The notes below the pieces were generated by a model, which had not been told where the DNA came from, searched no databases, and saw nothing but the letters and a program-made list of their open reading frames with translations. Both the position numbers and the translations under genes were made by a program. 64,000 nucleotides of DNA, from NCBI RefSeq assembly GCF_018350175.1, contig NC_058368.1, positions 125,800,001-125,864,000 of the forward strand, written 5' to 3'. The stretch's first letter is position 1. Every line of letters begins with the position of its first letter. Shown here piece after piece: positions 35,446 through 49,037 of this stretch. The stretch is from Felis catus (taxonomy: Eukaryota).

Positions 35446-38400
35446 ATAGGGGGTGGTTTTGGGGACTGGTAAATATGTAGGAAAGGAGCAGATATGAATC
35501 TATTTACCTTTGGAATAGCTTTGTTTTCTTTTTTGACTGGGCCAAATGCACAGTAGGTGAGTTGACAGAACTGGTTCATAAATCTTCAGCCAGACTACAC
35601 TCTTGTCTCTGCCATCTTGTACTGAGTCCATAGATTGAGTCCAACGCCAGCTATAGCCTCTATGGGCTGATAGATCTCAGAGCCTGTGGACTCTTGCACA
35701 GGGGCCAACACCCCCACCCCTGACCTGGCAGCAGGCACAGTCAGATATTGCCAAAGCACAAAACAAAGGATCTGTCATTGGTATAGGCTCTGGGGCTGGA
35801 GTTAGATTAGGAAAGCCCCTTTCCTAGTGATCTGAAGTAGAATGAAGCTTAAATTTGAGTGTCTAGTTGTGTCTAGAAGTGCAGGCTGAGAGTTAGTGTC
35901 AGAGAATGACACTATCCAAGGAATAAGTGTCTGGAGCCAAAATTCCTAAATGAATTAAGAGTCCTTGAGTCAGGAGAATGCAAGACCAGTGTTGGTTGTG
36001 AGGGTCCAGGAAGAAGCAAAGCCTGCAGGTCCAGGACACTGACCATGAATCAACGTGGGTTGTTAAAAGCTTGTTTTTATTTGGCCACAGTATGAGCTGG
36101 CAAGAGTTAAAGGCATAGTGCTTGTGTAAACAAATAATTGCAATTGCAGTTCTGAGATCCTTTGACCTACGTCAATTGGTACCTTATTCTAAAGGATTCT
36201 GCTCCTTTACAATAATGGTTTCCTGCAATGAATTTTCTTTCCTTATTGCAGATAGGATTTATTCTGAAAAATGCAAAGGCTTTGGTGATTGGAGATAAGA
36301 AAGTCCATTAGGACTTCAAAGGCTTCAGATGGCTGTTGTTTGATGGCACTATAAATAAATTTAACATAAAATTAAAGGAGACTGCTTTGAAAAGTAAAGT
36401 GAAGTGGTCATCAATTGTTTGTTCTTGGGGCTGAGGTTGGGGTGAGGAGGAGATTCTCTCCTTTAATAGAGAACCATTTTTGTGTTTATGAACCTGGAAC
36501 AGGGCAAAGAACATCAAGGCACTTCTAGATTGGTAAAGATGAAAAATTATCTTCTTGGGTCCCTTCCTAGCAGAAAAATACCTCAACCATACTGTATAAT
36601 TGTTTCTATAGGGCAATGGCATCTTAAAAGGTGCAAAAAACTGGAGTGACAGAGGATGACAGTGCTGTCCAGTCATTTCTTAGTAATGGCTTATACATCT
36701 CTCCATATTTGTAAAGCTATAAGAGAGCTCAATAGTGTGGAAAGACTGGGATGAAAGTGCATTTCCCTTTCTGAAGGCAGCATAGAGAGGCATAAGCACC
36801 ATCTTTGCTCTACCATTGGATATGCCAATACTACATTTTTACAATGGTAGAAAATCAAAGAGAAAAATGAGAGAATTTAATTCCCTCATTCTTCCAGTAA
36901 AGTAGAATAGTGAAGTCATTGTATAAATAGCAGTCCAAAGGTTATAATTTAGAATCCAGGTATATTAAGATCCTTAAAAATAATTAAACCAAATTTTTTA
37001 CCTATGAGGGAACTGAGTCCCAAAGAGCCCAAGGTCATTAATGGCCTTAAGTAGTCTCCCATCCCCCATACTATAACATTTATGGGTTATAAGGCTTGTT
37101 TCATAGAAGAGTCCCTTCTAATCAAGAAGCATTGTGTAGAACAAGAACATAGCATCCTCCTCATCCACCACAGTGAAGCTCCTTCCTTCTGAGAAGGACT
37201 GCTTGCTCTTGATTATTCAGGTGATCAGTTATCTTATGGCTCCTCCCATTCACTTTTGGTTTATTTCCCTGTTCACATAGTTAGTTCTTGGGAAGAGAGA
37301 AAAATAAGGGAGGTAAAACACATGGTCATTCTTTCACTTATAAGTGGTTGGGTGGGGGACAGGTTGTGTAGAGAAAGGGCTGGTGGAAAGATTGAAATAA
37401 GTTTTGGTGGCTACTTGTAGATTTTATTTATTCTACAATATTAAGAACATAAAAAAATTTGAAAGCTTAACTGAAAATACATTGTCTTGTAAAATCTCCA
37501 ATGTTTCGTGACTCACAATTCAAATGTTGAATCTTATTCAGTCATATAAATCACTAATCTTGAGTTATGAGTTTACCTCGTGATTTGTATTTCTGTTGGA
37601 AGCACTATGAGTTTTAGACATCAAGTTTTATATTTGTAAATGTGTGAAAGTGGATGAGTGAGTGAAAGAAGGTAAGTTCCCAGGCTTTTCTAAGCTGAGA
37701 GTGTCAACCTATGTGTGAACAAATGCCTTCCTAGCCGATACTGGGTGTAAACCTCTTGAAATTTTGGAGGAGAGCCAACATTTCATCACCTTGGCTGATC
37801 TCTTCATACACAATGTAATGCTGTCATGTACTTTGCCAGCACAATGAAATGCCAAAGGCTTGTCCAAAATGCCAATGATAATACACCTATTTTCAACTAG
37901 CACAACCACTGTAGTTCATGTAGTTACTTTCCCAACTGAAAAATGCTGGTGAACCAGCGCAGTGAGGCCAAGATAAGTACCGGCTTACAGTTACTGGCAA
38001 ACAGCAAAGACAATTAAACTTCAGTATTGAGTCACTTGTCAGCTGGGCAGGCTGACTTCAACTCCTAACGCTGAGTTTTCAAGCTGCGTGGGATTTTGCC
38101 ATATTGAGCTTGGTTCACATTAATAGAGTTGTGCTGTTAAATCCTAGAAAAGCCAAATGTTTTTAACAGAGGCTATATGCCTGTATTCTGAAGCGTGTGC
38201 AATACTTAGCCATTCTAATTTCTGAACTGAAATTGGATTGTTGATGCCAGGAGGGGAGATTATGACATGCCTTAACGCATTGTGAGCAGACAAAATGCAA
38301 CTCCTCTTTGCTAGTTAGGAATCTGTGTGAATACCCAGTCAGCTTCCCACACACATGAGTCTTCCCCATCACTTCAGTGGGAGTTTTATGTGGGAATTAA

Positions 38401-39804
38401 GAAGAGGAAAATGTCACCCAGGCTGTGTGCCTGATCGTGATTTAATATCTGAGCCAAGAAGTCCTCAGAGAGTGAAAGCTCCTGCCCACATAGCACTAAG
38501 TCATGGACATGTGCAGCAATGACGCTTGGAATAAGCCTTACAGTACTTTAGATGTAATGATTTATATGCAATATTTCATAAACCTGAATGGACAGTCACA
38601 GGAGACCTTCATATTGGGATCTTTCATTGAGTACAAGTGATAGAATGGTCAATGTTTACTTTTGTTCTTTCTTTGTAGGAGACCACAAAAGTCCTAGTTA
38701 ATGTCTGCTGAGAGAATAAAACCTAAAAAAATTTAAATGTCTTCATGGTCTGAAACAGCAGAGTGGGAGGCAAGAGGCTTCTTTGACTAAACCAATTAAT
38801 TATACCTTCTGTATGATGAAGATGCATTTGTGGAAAATTAGAGTTCTTAAAATTTTGATCACTATTAAAAAAATACAAACATCAAACAAGCACAACCATG
38901 TTTTATTAAATAAATAATGGAACTTATGGGATCAGTCCGTGGCATTTAAATGCAGTCCCATTCTCTGTTTCCCATGGGGTAATTACATGACTCAGTCCAC
39001 TGGACACCCAGCTGAGCCAAAGCAGCTTTGCAGGGAGTTGGGTGAGATCGGCCTAGGATTCGTTTTACTTGCTTTTTAGTTGCTGAATTAGTGTAGAGCT
39101 GAGTGTGATCTTCTGAACCAGGAGGAGGACATTTATAAGTAAAGAGGCTGTCATCTTGTGGCTCTGGCCCTACTCATGTTTGAAAATTAAAGAAATGAAA
39201 GGAACATTGAGGATGAAGTTTACGCAGCTTTATCCAAGATACCTGGGAAGGCTGTATTGAATCAAAAAGCATGGAAGCCAAGGATATGTCTCTGGGAGAG
39301 CTTGCTGCTGTTCAACTGCATGTAATTCAGTCATTGTTCTTCAATGCAATACATTCCAACTGTAGCCCTGACTCCTCTCCTGACAATGTGGTAGGCTTTC
39401 ATCACGTTTCAGGAAAGATGTTTTTACTCAGAACTTTTAAATATCTTAGCTGCAGCTCTAGAAGCAGTTCATGCAACATTTTGCAGGTAGAACAGATTAT
39501 GTACAAGACCTTGTTTGCATGAGGACCCTTAAAATTATATTAGGGTACCTGTATCCCATTTCCAAAATCAACACGAGTACCTTTTTAAGACAGGTAAATA
39601 AAACAGAACATCATGTTTCCAATAAGATTTTATCAACAGAGATGTCATTATTCCTCTGGAATGTAAGCTCATGCTGATTCTATCTAGTATGGTATTTTGG
39701 GGTTTCTCATAAATGTAGGCTGATTTTTGTCCTTTATATGCTGCTGTCAACCACAGATTCTCTAACTCAAACAGGGTAAGAGGCATGTATGTGTGTATGT
39801 GTTT

Positions 39805-40622
39805 AAATAATTTTTTTTTCCAGAGCAATTTTAGATCCAGAGCAAATTGGGAGAAAGATCTATTTTCGATATGCATCCTTTGCCCACCCCCCATACGCAT
39901 AGCCTCTCCCATTATCAACATCCTCCCCCAGAGGGATGCTTGTTACAATGGATGAACCTGCACTGACACATCTCATCACCAAAGTCTATAGTTTAGCTTA
40001 GGGTTCACTGTTGGTGTTCTACATTCTTTGGGTTTGTAGAAATGTATATTGACATGTATCTATCATTATGGTATTATATAGAGTATTTTCACTGCCCTAA
40101 AATCCTCTTTACTCTGCCTACTCATCCCTCCTTTCACTCCCAACCTTTGGAAGTTACTGATCTTTTTACAGTCCCCATAGTTTGTGTTCTCGGAATGCCA
40201 TATATTTGGAATCATTACCATGTAAGTGGCCTCTTTCACTTAGTAATATGCGTCCCAGTTTTCTCCTTTTCATGGCTTTATAATTTCTTTTTAGCAATGA
40301 ATAATATTTCATTATCTGGATATAGCACAGTTTATTTATACATTCACCTACTCAAGGACAGCTTGGTTGCTTCCAAGTTTTGGTAACTATAAATAAAACT
40401 GTTGTAAACATCTGTGTGCTGGGTTTTGTGCAGACATAGTTCTCAGCATCTTTGGGTAAATACCAAGGAGCATGATTGCTGGATCACATGGGAAGATATG
40501 TTTAGTTTTATAGGAAACTGCCAAAATTCCAAAGTGGCTGTTCCATTTTTTATCCCCACCAGCAAAGAATACCTGTTGTTCCACATCCTTACTCCCATTT
40601 GGTGATATCAGTGTTCTGGATT
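39805..40622 (-). mobile_element. L1MC1/2-like 3' fragment
   Basis: agcctctcccattatcaacatcctcccccagag...ttacaatggatgaacctgcactgacacat...ttgggtaaataccaaggagcatgattgctggatcacatgg. Confidence 0.85.
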
Positions 40623-41544
40623 GTCACAGAAAAACCCAAAGCAATGCTAACTGGCAGACAGAAGGAAGATTCTGAGTGTTTGGCAATTATTATAACTTAT
40701 TCTTTTGACCAAGATTATTTATTTATAGAGACATTTTTAAAAATCTTAATGCGGAATACCTTATCTAGGTTCTGAAATATTATTGGTAAAATCAAAGTCA
40801 CTCAAGGATACTTTCTACTTATCTCTTGGGAAATCAAGCTATTGGATTATTAGCTCTTGGTTATATCATCACTGCACAGTTTGATGTTGTGTCTGGGCGT
40901 TAGAAGACTAACCGTTGCAGACTAGTGTGGGTGTTGGTTATTTTGAAGCTAAGTTTATGTGAAAAGAACTCTTCACAAGTTGCCGTATGTTGTATTGTTT
41001 GGCTCAGGGAGTTGATTCAAGTCTTGAAGCTGGAGATTGTGTGATAAATAATGCAGGGTAGAAACTTGCCCCACTAATTAATCAGAATCCTGTGAACTTC
41101 AGTGGAGTGAGTCAGAGACATCCAAACAGGTAGAATTGCTCTGCAAAACTGTTCTAGATGTAACGCAACCACCATTTGGGATCTCGATGCCACACACAAA
41201 AAGAAAATGATTCAAAAGTTCAGAACTGATTTCTTTAAAGACAGTGCCACTCAACACAATTTTATTTACAGATGCATTCAATAATAAATACCAAGTAAGT
41301 CATAATGAATTAAACAGAAGGAATTTTACGAGTTTTTATTTGTATCAACTTGCAAATGTGTAAACATCCCTAATGTGATAATTTCTTAGATTTGATCAAA
41401 TTTTTCATCATCTCACCTTTTTCTCAAATAAGTTTGTTTGGTCTTATCAGGGAAGTTTTTCATACATTGTGCTTCTGGCGAGTTTTCAGTAAGTTGGTAC
41501 TTTCTGCTTGTTTTAATCCTTTGTTGTTTGTTTTGTTTTTTAAG

Positions 41545-41729
41545 TTCATTTTTTTTACATGTTTTCATTTAGTTTTGAAATAGAGACAGAGAGTGAAGGA
41601 GGGGCAGAGAGAGAGGGACAGAAGATCTGAAGGGGACTCTGTGCTGATGGGGCTCAAACTCATGAACTGTGAGATCATGACTTTAGCCAAAGCCAGACAT
41701 TTAATTGACTGAGCAACCCAGGTGCCCCT
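41545..41729 (-). mobile_element. SINEC
   Basis: Antisense head gactgagcaacccaggtgcccc; ggctcaaactcatgaactgtgagatcatgac. Confidence 0.9.
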
Positions 41730-41734
41730 CAGTT

Positions 41735-41870
41735 TACTTTTTTATTATTTATTTTTCAGAGAGAGAGAGAAAGGGAGTGCATGAGTGAGGGAGATCCAGA
41801 ACGAGGAGAGAGAGTCCCAAGTAGGCTCCATGCAGTCAGTACAGAGCCTGATGAGAGGCTCTAACTCAGT
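41735..41870 (-). mobile_element. 5'-truncated SINEC, tandem to the previous copy
   Basis: T-rich tail, (GA)n, cccaagtaggctccatgcagtcagtacagagcctgat; tRNA head missing. Confidence 0.8.
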
Positions 41871-43284
41871 ATGCCTTTATCAAGAGAGAGAGAGAAAGAA
41901 GGAGAAATTTCTTAAACTTAAAAACAGAATATCAATGAGAAATACATGCTCAATTTGCAGAAATATCATCAATGTGTTATTTCATGATGGATCCTAATCA
42001 CATAGATTTCTGCTAATAACCCCACTCAAGTTGACATAAAATAAAACCTGGTAATGACATTTTTGGTGATTTTTTGGTACTTGAGTTGTCCTGGATATTG
42101 TAAGACATCCAAGTCAAATATCAGTGGGATTTCTCTCACATTCTGTAACTTGTAAGTTTGAATGAGAATTATATGAAGGATGTTTAGGACGCCAAAAAGT
42201 AAAGATATGAGGAAAGAGAGTTTTAAGGCCTGATTTATTGGAGATGAATACATTCTAGTGCTTCCTGAGACTTAGGCTGGAGTCAAATATTTTGAAAATT
42301 TCCTGATATGAAGTAAATAATCTATTGAACAAGTTTTGAAGACCTAATCACCTTCTCTGTAGGAGGCTATTTTCTTCTCTACTGATGGAAAATGCAGGAT
42401 AAGAAATAACATCCCTTTGGAATATTTACCATTACTACTGGAAACAGATATCACAGCAATTAAACAATGGAATAAGAAACATGCTTTCCCAGGTACTGTT
42501 AATCTAGGATAGACCTATTCAACCTTGCTAGAGCCTCTAATCACCAAGAGGTTTTATTTCGATATTGCAGAGGATTCTTTTTAAAGATGCCTTTATCTTC
42601 AGACTATACCCATTTGTTTGAAGAGAGGTAACATCACCAAGTTATTAGATACAAAACATCTGAGTTCAGTTTTCAGCTCCACCTCAAACTCTTTGACCTC
42701 ATCAAGGAAGAGGACAGCTTAAACCCTGCTGTTAGCAATGGACTCAGTGACCTTGGGCAAACCACTTAGTCACTAAGTCTCCATTCATCTATATTTAAAG
42801 TGGATTCCTCTTTGCTCTCCTTCTTATGGAGATAATATTGGTAAATTGCTTTGGGTTCCTAACAATAAAAGCACACTTCAAATAGAGGCACCATTATATT
42901 GTTTTGCAATCAAGCTATATCTTTGTTTCCTTCAGTTATCGCTATGACTGTTGTGTTGATTTCAACAGTTAGGTGTGTCTGCTCTAATTGGTCAAACCAA
43001 TACTTACCTCATATACTTTTCCTTATTTCTGTTAGTTAACCCTATTTTGCATATTGTTCCCAAGTTGATTTCTTTGGGAATTATCTATGAATGAGCAGGT
43101 CATATTAACAATAAGAGCACAGATTTCAGAAAGAGTCTTGGGTTATAATATATGTTATGGCAAAATAACATCCAGGAGCTTCTTGTATTTTCAAATGATT
43201 ATGTACAATAAAAATAATAATTAATGTTGTAAATGTAAAGTACACCTTTCATCTGATCATCTCAAAGTACCTTAGAAACGCTAA

Positions 43285-43445
43285 TTAAACTCCACACCAC
43301 CTCTGTGCCATACATATTATTATTTCCATTTTGCAAGTGAAGAAAATGAGGTTCAACAAGGTTATGTGACTAGCATAGGACACAACATGAGTCAGTGTCA
43401 GGAAGGGGATTTAGTGTTTCCAAGGCCCAGTCAAAAGCTTTTCAT
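43285..43445 (-). mobile_element. MIR
   Basis: tattattatttccattttgcaagtgaagaaaatgaggttc...ggttatgtgact. Confidence 0.7.
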
Positions 43446-43614
43446 CTAGAGCTAATTAGTGTTTTATAATTTCAAAGCTGGAAGGTAGCAGGTAAACATC
43501 ACTTCCTCCCAAGATTCCTGAGTGGAATCCCAGTGCCTATGTTACCTGGTGCCCCTCTTTCCCCCGCTGATTTCTGTTCTTAACTATCAGAAGGTTTTCT
43601 GGTTTTTCAAACTC

Positions 43615-43795
43615 ATTCATCAGTTGTATGACTTCAGACAGATCACTTAACCTCTCTGAGTTTGTTTTATCATTTGTAGAATGGAAATAGTATTTCTCTA
43701 TCCTAGACTTGTGCAAATAAATGGACATAATGTAAGAAAATCCTGACTGTGATACCTGGCATATGGGAGGCTTTCCATAAATGGCTGCTATTTGT
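43615..43795 (+). mobile_element. MIR
   Basis: tgtatgacttcagacagatcacttaacctctctgagtt...catttgtagaatgg...cctggcatat. Confidence 0.75.
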
Positions 43796-43879
43796 ATTAC
43801 TATTTGAATTATTCCCTGTATTTACAAGGGAATCATCCTAATAAAAACTGATAATAAATATGAAGATTTAAAAAGGATT

Positions 43880-44096
43880 GGGGCACCTGGGGTGGCTCAG
43901 TCTGTTAAGCATCCAACTTTGGCTGGGGTCATGATCTCACAGTTTGTGGGTTCAAACCCTGCATCGGGCTCTGTGCTGACAGATCGGAATCTGGAGCCTG
44001 CTTCGGATTCTGTATTTCCCTCTCCCTGTTCCTCCCACACTCATGCTCTGTCCCTGTTTCTTTCAAAAATAAATAAACAGTAAATAATTTTTTAAA
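43880..44096 (+). mobile_element. SINEC
   Basis: ggggcacctgggtggctcagtctgttaagcatcc head; aaaaataaataaac tail; short TSD aaaaggat. Confidence 0.94.
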
Positions 44097-46914
44097 AAAG
44101 GATAAAAAGATGGAGGATGTCCAAAATAAAATAGGTGTAGGCTGAATTATCCTGTATTTGTGACTAGAGAAACAAGGTGAAAAGGGGTCAAGTGTGTGAC
44201 CAGATGGCTCTTAAGGACAGAGGCAGGAATGTGTGACACATTAATTATAGGAGAAATAGGGTATGTAAATTGGCACTGAATATTATCATGCCTTTTCTCT
44301 AACAAAAATTTCATTGTTACTTTGGTATATTACAATGGAAAATTGTTCTCAGTAACGCCAGCTTTTCTTTTGATGTTTCTCATGGAATTGAATTTGGCTA
44401 ATGCCCCAAAGCATTTAATGTTATTTTCAAAGAAGTTTTAAAAATGTTTGTGAAAATAATAAGACCAAAGTTAAAGCTAATGTAAAATAGAAGACTCATT
44501 CCAGATGGGACTGGAAGTGAACTACAAATACCATTTTGCTTAATAATAATAAAAAACCTACTTATAAAAAATGGATTTGTCATTTAAATGTAAGATGTGC
44601 TTGAAGGGAGAGAGGGGAAGACAATTTCCTTTTTGTCTAAGGACGGCAGATGTTTAGGAGACAGGAAGCTATTTTCCTTTTCTTAACCTTGCAAGAAGAT
44701 CCATACAATTAAGTCCATGAGACAGAAAATCTCCTTGAAATTTACAATCCAAGACTCCAGGATAATGCATGAAAATAAAATTTGTGATAGTTAGAAGGTC
44801 CATAGTCCTAATTTTTCAATGAATGCACAGTTTGCATTTGCCATCAAAGTCTTTATTTTCAGATGATTATCCAGCTTGATTTATTAGTCTGATCTTTCAG
44901 TGTTTCCATGCTTACTGCACTTCAGTACCTGCCTTTAGATCGGTCATTGAAGAATTTTAATTTTTCTTCCACTAACTTTATAGGTTATTTATCTCAGGGT
45001 TACCTCTTAGTTGATTTCCCTATCTCTAGTTTCTTCCTTGTTCAATCTATTCCCCACACTTCCTGCCAAAAATAATTAAAGATGAAAACCCCAAAATATA
45101 ATATGTCACCACACAGATTAAAATCCTTCGATATCTCCCTGTATCTGCAAAATAGGGGGGAAAAGTATGAACTTATTAGCATGAGAGGTGTGTCCTTTCA
45201 AAATAAAGACCTGGTCTAGTTTTCCAATTTCATGGATTAGCCCCTCACCTAAAAACACTTTCTCCTTCCTGCCATTCAAACATTAGTATGGATTTAGCAG
45301 AAACAAACTAGTCTGAGTGGTAATAAAAGAGAAAAATCTATGTGGCTCAGCACTTTCTAACACCTAACAAGAAGAGAGAGACTAAGGACAAAAATGAAAC
45401 TCAAAGCCCACATGAGTTGGTGAAGAGACCGGACAAAAGGATGAGGAAGAATATGTGGTTGGTGAAGAATTTGCATGGACTTATTATTGTTGTTATTCTA
45501 ATTGCTACTACAATTCTGGTTGGTTTTTATTTTGTTAGTTGGTCTCAGTAGGATACAAGCCCGAAAGCAACTTTGTGCTTTCTCATTGCTCCTCATTGTC
45601 GACGATGTTAAAACCGTTGTTCCCCATGACTGGATGGAAGAGCTTTCCAAGACACTCTTACTAAAAAGATTCCAGTTACATTCAATAATTAAAAACTTCA
45701 GTTCAGTTTAAAAATAGGTCTTGGCCCTGGAGGTATCAGAAAGAACAATGAACTAGTAGGGAGAGTTGAGGGAGGTTGCTGCAATTGCCCTCTGCGTTTC
45801 TGCCCTCTGGATGATGTGGACTCACTACTGTTGGCTCTTTCTCTTGGGGGATGTTTTTGTGGGATCCTTAGAATCCCTCTCTTCTGAAGATCTCAGACTT
45901 CAGTGAATGTTATGAGTAGTAACTCTCACCTGCTTGTCACTTAAAACTACCTCATCCCGTGGACTTCTCAAGGGCCACCTCACTGTTGGGGACACTTTGT
46001 AGCCCTATATGTTCTCCTTGAGGAGGGTCTGTTTTGGGTTGGGTCAGAGAGGCTTTATTTTCCCCACAGGATCTACTTCTAGAAACAGGGAGGTAAAAGC
46101 CCCTTTGCCATGTCATGGGTGGAAAAACATCTCCCTTCCCACACAGTTCTCTTTTTCTTTGTTATGAAAGAACAAAGTCTTTTTCTCTCCTTTTTTTCCC
46201 TCTCTAGTCTTTCTCCTTTGAATTTTCCCAACATCCATCAGACACTAGTCCCTGTGTCCCCCAGATTCCTGAAGACACATGTCAAGCTTTCCCATTAGTC
46301 TCTTTCACCCTGTTTTACTAGGTTTGAAGTGAGGCTGCAGCTGTTTTCTACCATCATCCAAGGAGAAGTAAAATACTCAACAATTTTTTTCCAAAGAAAT
46401 TTCTGTTTTGATGTTTTTCAACTTTAACTTTTTACATGGTTAGAGGGGATGATCACCTAATTCTGGCAGCACCAGCTTGGGGGTGGTCCTCTTCTAATCT
46501 TGTTGAGATGATTTACCACCTTACTTTAGACTTTGTAGATAAGTGGTGCCTACCACTTTCTTCTTGACCTTGGCGTGTCTGCTAAAATTCCAAAGCAACA
46601 AAGAGTTACATTCAGTATCCTGTGATACTATGGTGGTTGCTGTGGCACCTCTTTTGTAGGCCCTGCTTCAGCTCCCCCTGACAGGCCCAGAGCTTCACAC
46701 ATGGCACATGCTAAATACTTTCAGGCTGTTGTTAGATGTTTAGACAGTTCTGTCTGCCTGGGAGACACTTCCCCATCTTGAAAAAAGATCTCCTCCATCT
46801 TTTAAGAGTCTGTTCAAATGTTGTCTCTTTGGTCCTGCCTTTCTGACCTCCCTTAGTCTGAAGCTATACTAATCCCAGCTACGTTTATCTAATGTTTGGA
46901 ATCAACCATGAAAG

Positions 46915-47070
46915 TTCTGAGTTTAAGAGTAAGACAGACCTGGGTTTAAATTTGAGCTCAGAATTTTATGAGCTCTGTGTGACTTCAAATAAGTCCTTCA
47001 TCTCTCCAAGTCTGATCATCTGTATAAATGAAGGAAAAATAACATCTTAAGTTATTTGAGATTATATGAA
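46915..47070 (+). mobile_element. MIR
   Basis: agacagacctgggtttaaat...ctctgtgtgacttc...catctgtataaatg. Confidence 0.7.
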
Positions 47071-47112
47071 TATTAAAAGGAATAATTTATAGAAAGCTAA
47101 GACTACAATATC

Positions 47113-47326
47113 TTTTAAAAAAATTTTTAAGTGTTTATTTATTTTTGAGAAAGAGAGAGCATGAGTTGGGGAGGGGAAGAGAGAGAGGAAGACACAGAAT
47201 CTGAAGCAGGCTTCAGGCTCTGAGCTGTCAGCACAGAGCTTGATGCGGGGCTCGAACTCATGAACTGTGAGATCATGACCTTGGCCAAAGTTGGACACTC
47301 AACTGACTGAGCCACTGAGGCTCCCC
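47113..47326 (-). mobile_element. SINEC
   Basis: Antisense SINEC; TSD ctacaata(t)cttt at ~47103 and ~47326. Confidence 0.94.
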
Positions 47327-47539
47327 TACAATACTTTAATATGGTCAGTACTCAATATGATAGGCAAGTATTTAATATGATTGTTAGATACTAATACTAT
47401 GACTTAATACTCTTACTATGATTAATAGTACTTACACTTCTGCTATCACCTGGGGAGTAAAATGGTACAAACACCAAAAAAAGGAAGTGTCCTGCTGCTT
47501 GTCTAGCTTGACTTTTATTCACTGCCATCTGCAAACCAC

Positions 47540-47705
47540 TAGACTAGATTCTTTATATATGCTACCCAATTTAATTGTCCTAACTTCCCTGTGAGACTAG
47601 TGCAGTTATCTGGCAGATGAGCAAACTGAGGTTCTACGAAATGAGGTAACTGGCTCAGGTTCCCAGGTTTCTGGCAGAGCCAGAAAGGAAAATCTAGGTG
47701 TGCCT
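47540..47705 (-). mobile_element. MIR
   Basis: cagatgagcaaactgaggttc...ggtaactggctcaggtt...tggcagagcc. Confidence 0.7.
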
Positions 47706-48934
47706 CACATTTAAGCTTGTTTGGGGAACGACCACACTGCATGGCAGAATCCACAGGCTTTTAATGTGTATTTGCTAAATGTCCAGATTTTTCTAAACAG
47801 CATCACCTACTCCAGTGCTTTCGAAGCCCCTTGATTCCAGCGCAACTCTAGCTCTGATGTGACTGTAGCTGTGCAAAAATTCCCTGCTGTAAAATGCCAT
47901 TCACAATTCCCATGAGTGCCCTCTAAGTGCACAGGAGAGTCTTTCTTCATGAGCTCTTCTGATTTTAGGCCTAGTTCTCTGCAAGAGTGTTTCTCTTCAT
48001 CTCCCCTCTCCCCAAAAGTCTTTACAGTCTCTCTATCAAAGCGATTCTTCCTCACAGTACCTGGAGCTTTAAACGATCAGCTTGAGCCAAGCCAGGCTAT
48101 TGTTGTTAAATCATGTCATGATTACTTAATATGTATGGCACACCCTCCCAGGAAACCTGAAGTGCATAGTGTTATTAATTTCCCCTCAATGTTCCAGTTT
48201 TGTCACTGGCATAGCTTTTCTTTCCTTCCAACTGTGAAACATACTACATTTCAACTGCAGAGGCTGAATGAAAATGTGTGAGGTGGATGGCACCAAATGT
48301 CCTATTTCCCCCATTTCTGGTGAAATGAATCCAGTCTTGCTGCTTCCTGACCCTCTGCACATGCCCCAAACTCATTGGAGCTGTATGTGACGTAGCCGAT
48401 GGGATACCCTGCTCTTAATCACATCCCTGTATTTCTCTACAGATGTGTGAGTTGCATTTTCTTGCAGTTCTCCTTAACCAGGGTGTTGCTTATTGCCAGC
48501 TTGGAGTGGCTCTCAAATCCCCCAAGACTGCAGTTCAGTTTAATATCAGGTAGTTTAAAAAATTGGGCAAGAACATTTTCCCTTTCTATAATGTGGATCA
48601 ATTTAGGGACTCAGAGAAATGACAAATAGTTCAGCTGAATTCTCACAAAAAGTTTAAGAATCTTTGGCAGGTTTTCAAATAAATGCAGGGGCTGGCTTAG
48701 CATTAACTCTGAGGTGTCCCAACTTAAAAGCCACAAAAGTTTATATTTCCTGCCAATAATTTTTGTATATAATACTCTCGTCACTAAGGAAATTAATTAA
48801 TTATGTTATTATCTTTTTCTCCTCAGTTTGGAGTAGGGGTAGATGTGGGGAATAATATAAAAGCCCTAAGGAGCAACAACATAGAAATATCTATAACTGA
48901 AAGGAAGGTAGACTCGTATTATACAGAATTAATG

Positions 48935-49037
48935 GATATATATATATAGATATATAGATATATAGATATATAGATATATAGATATATAGATATATAGATA
49001 TATAGATATATAGATATATAGATATGTGTGTGTGTGT
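48935..49037. repeat. (GATATATA)n octamer array flanked by (TA)n and (GT)n
   Basis: About 9 perfect GATATATA units at ~48949-49025. Confidence 0.95.

Noticed and set aside
36308..36676. 122-aa minus-strand ORF in the repeat-poor region
   Set aside because: No recognisable homology or splice structure.
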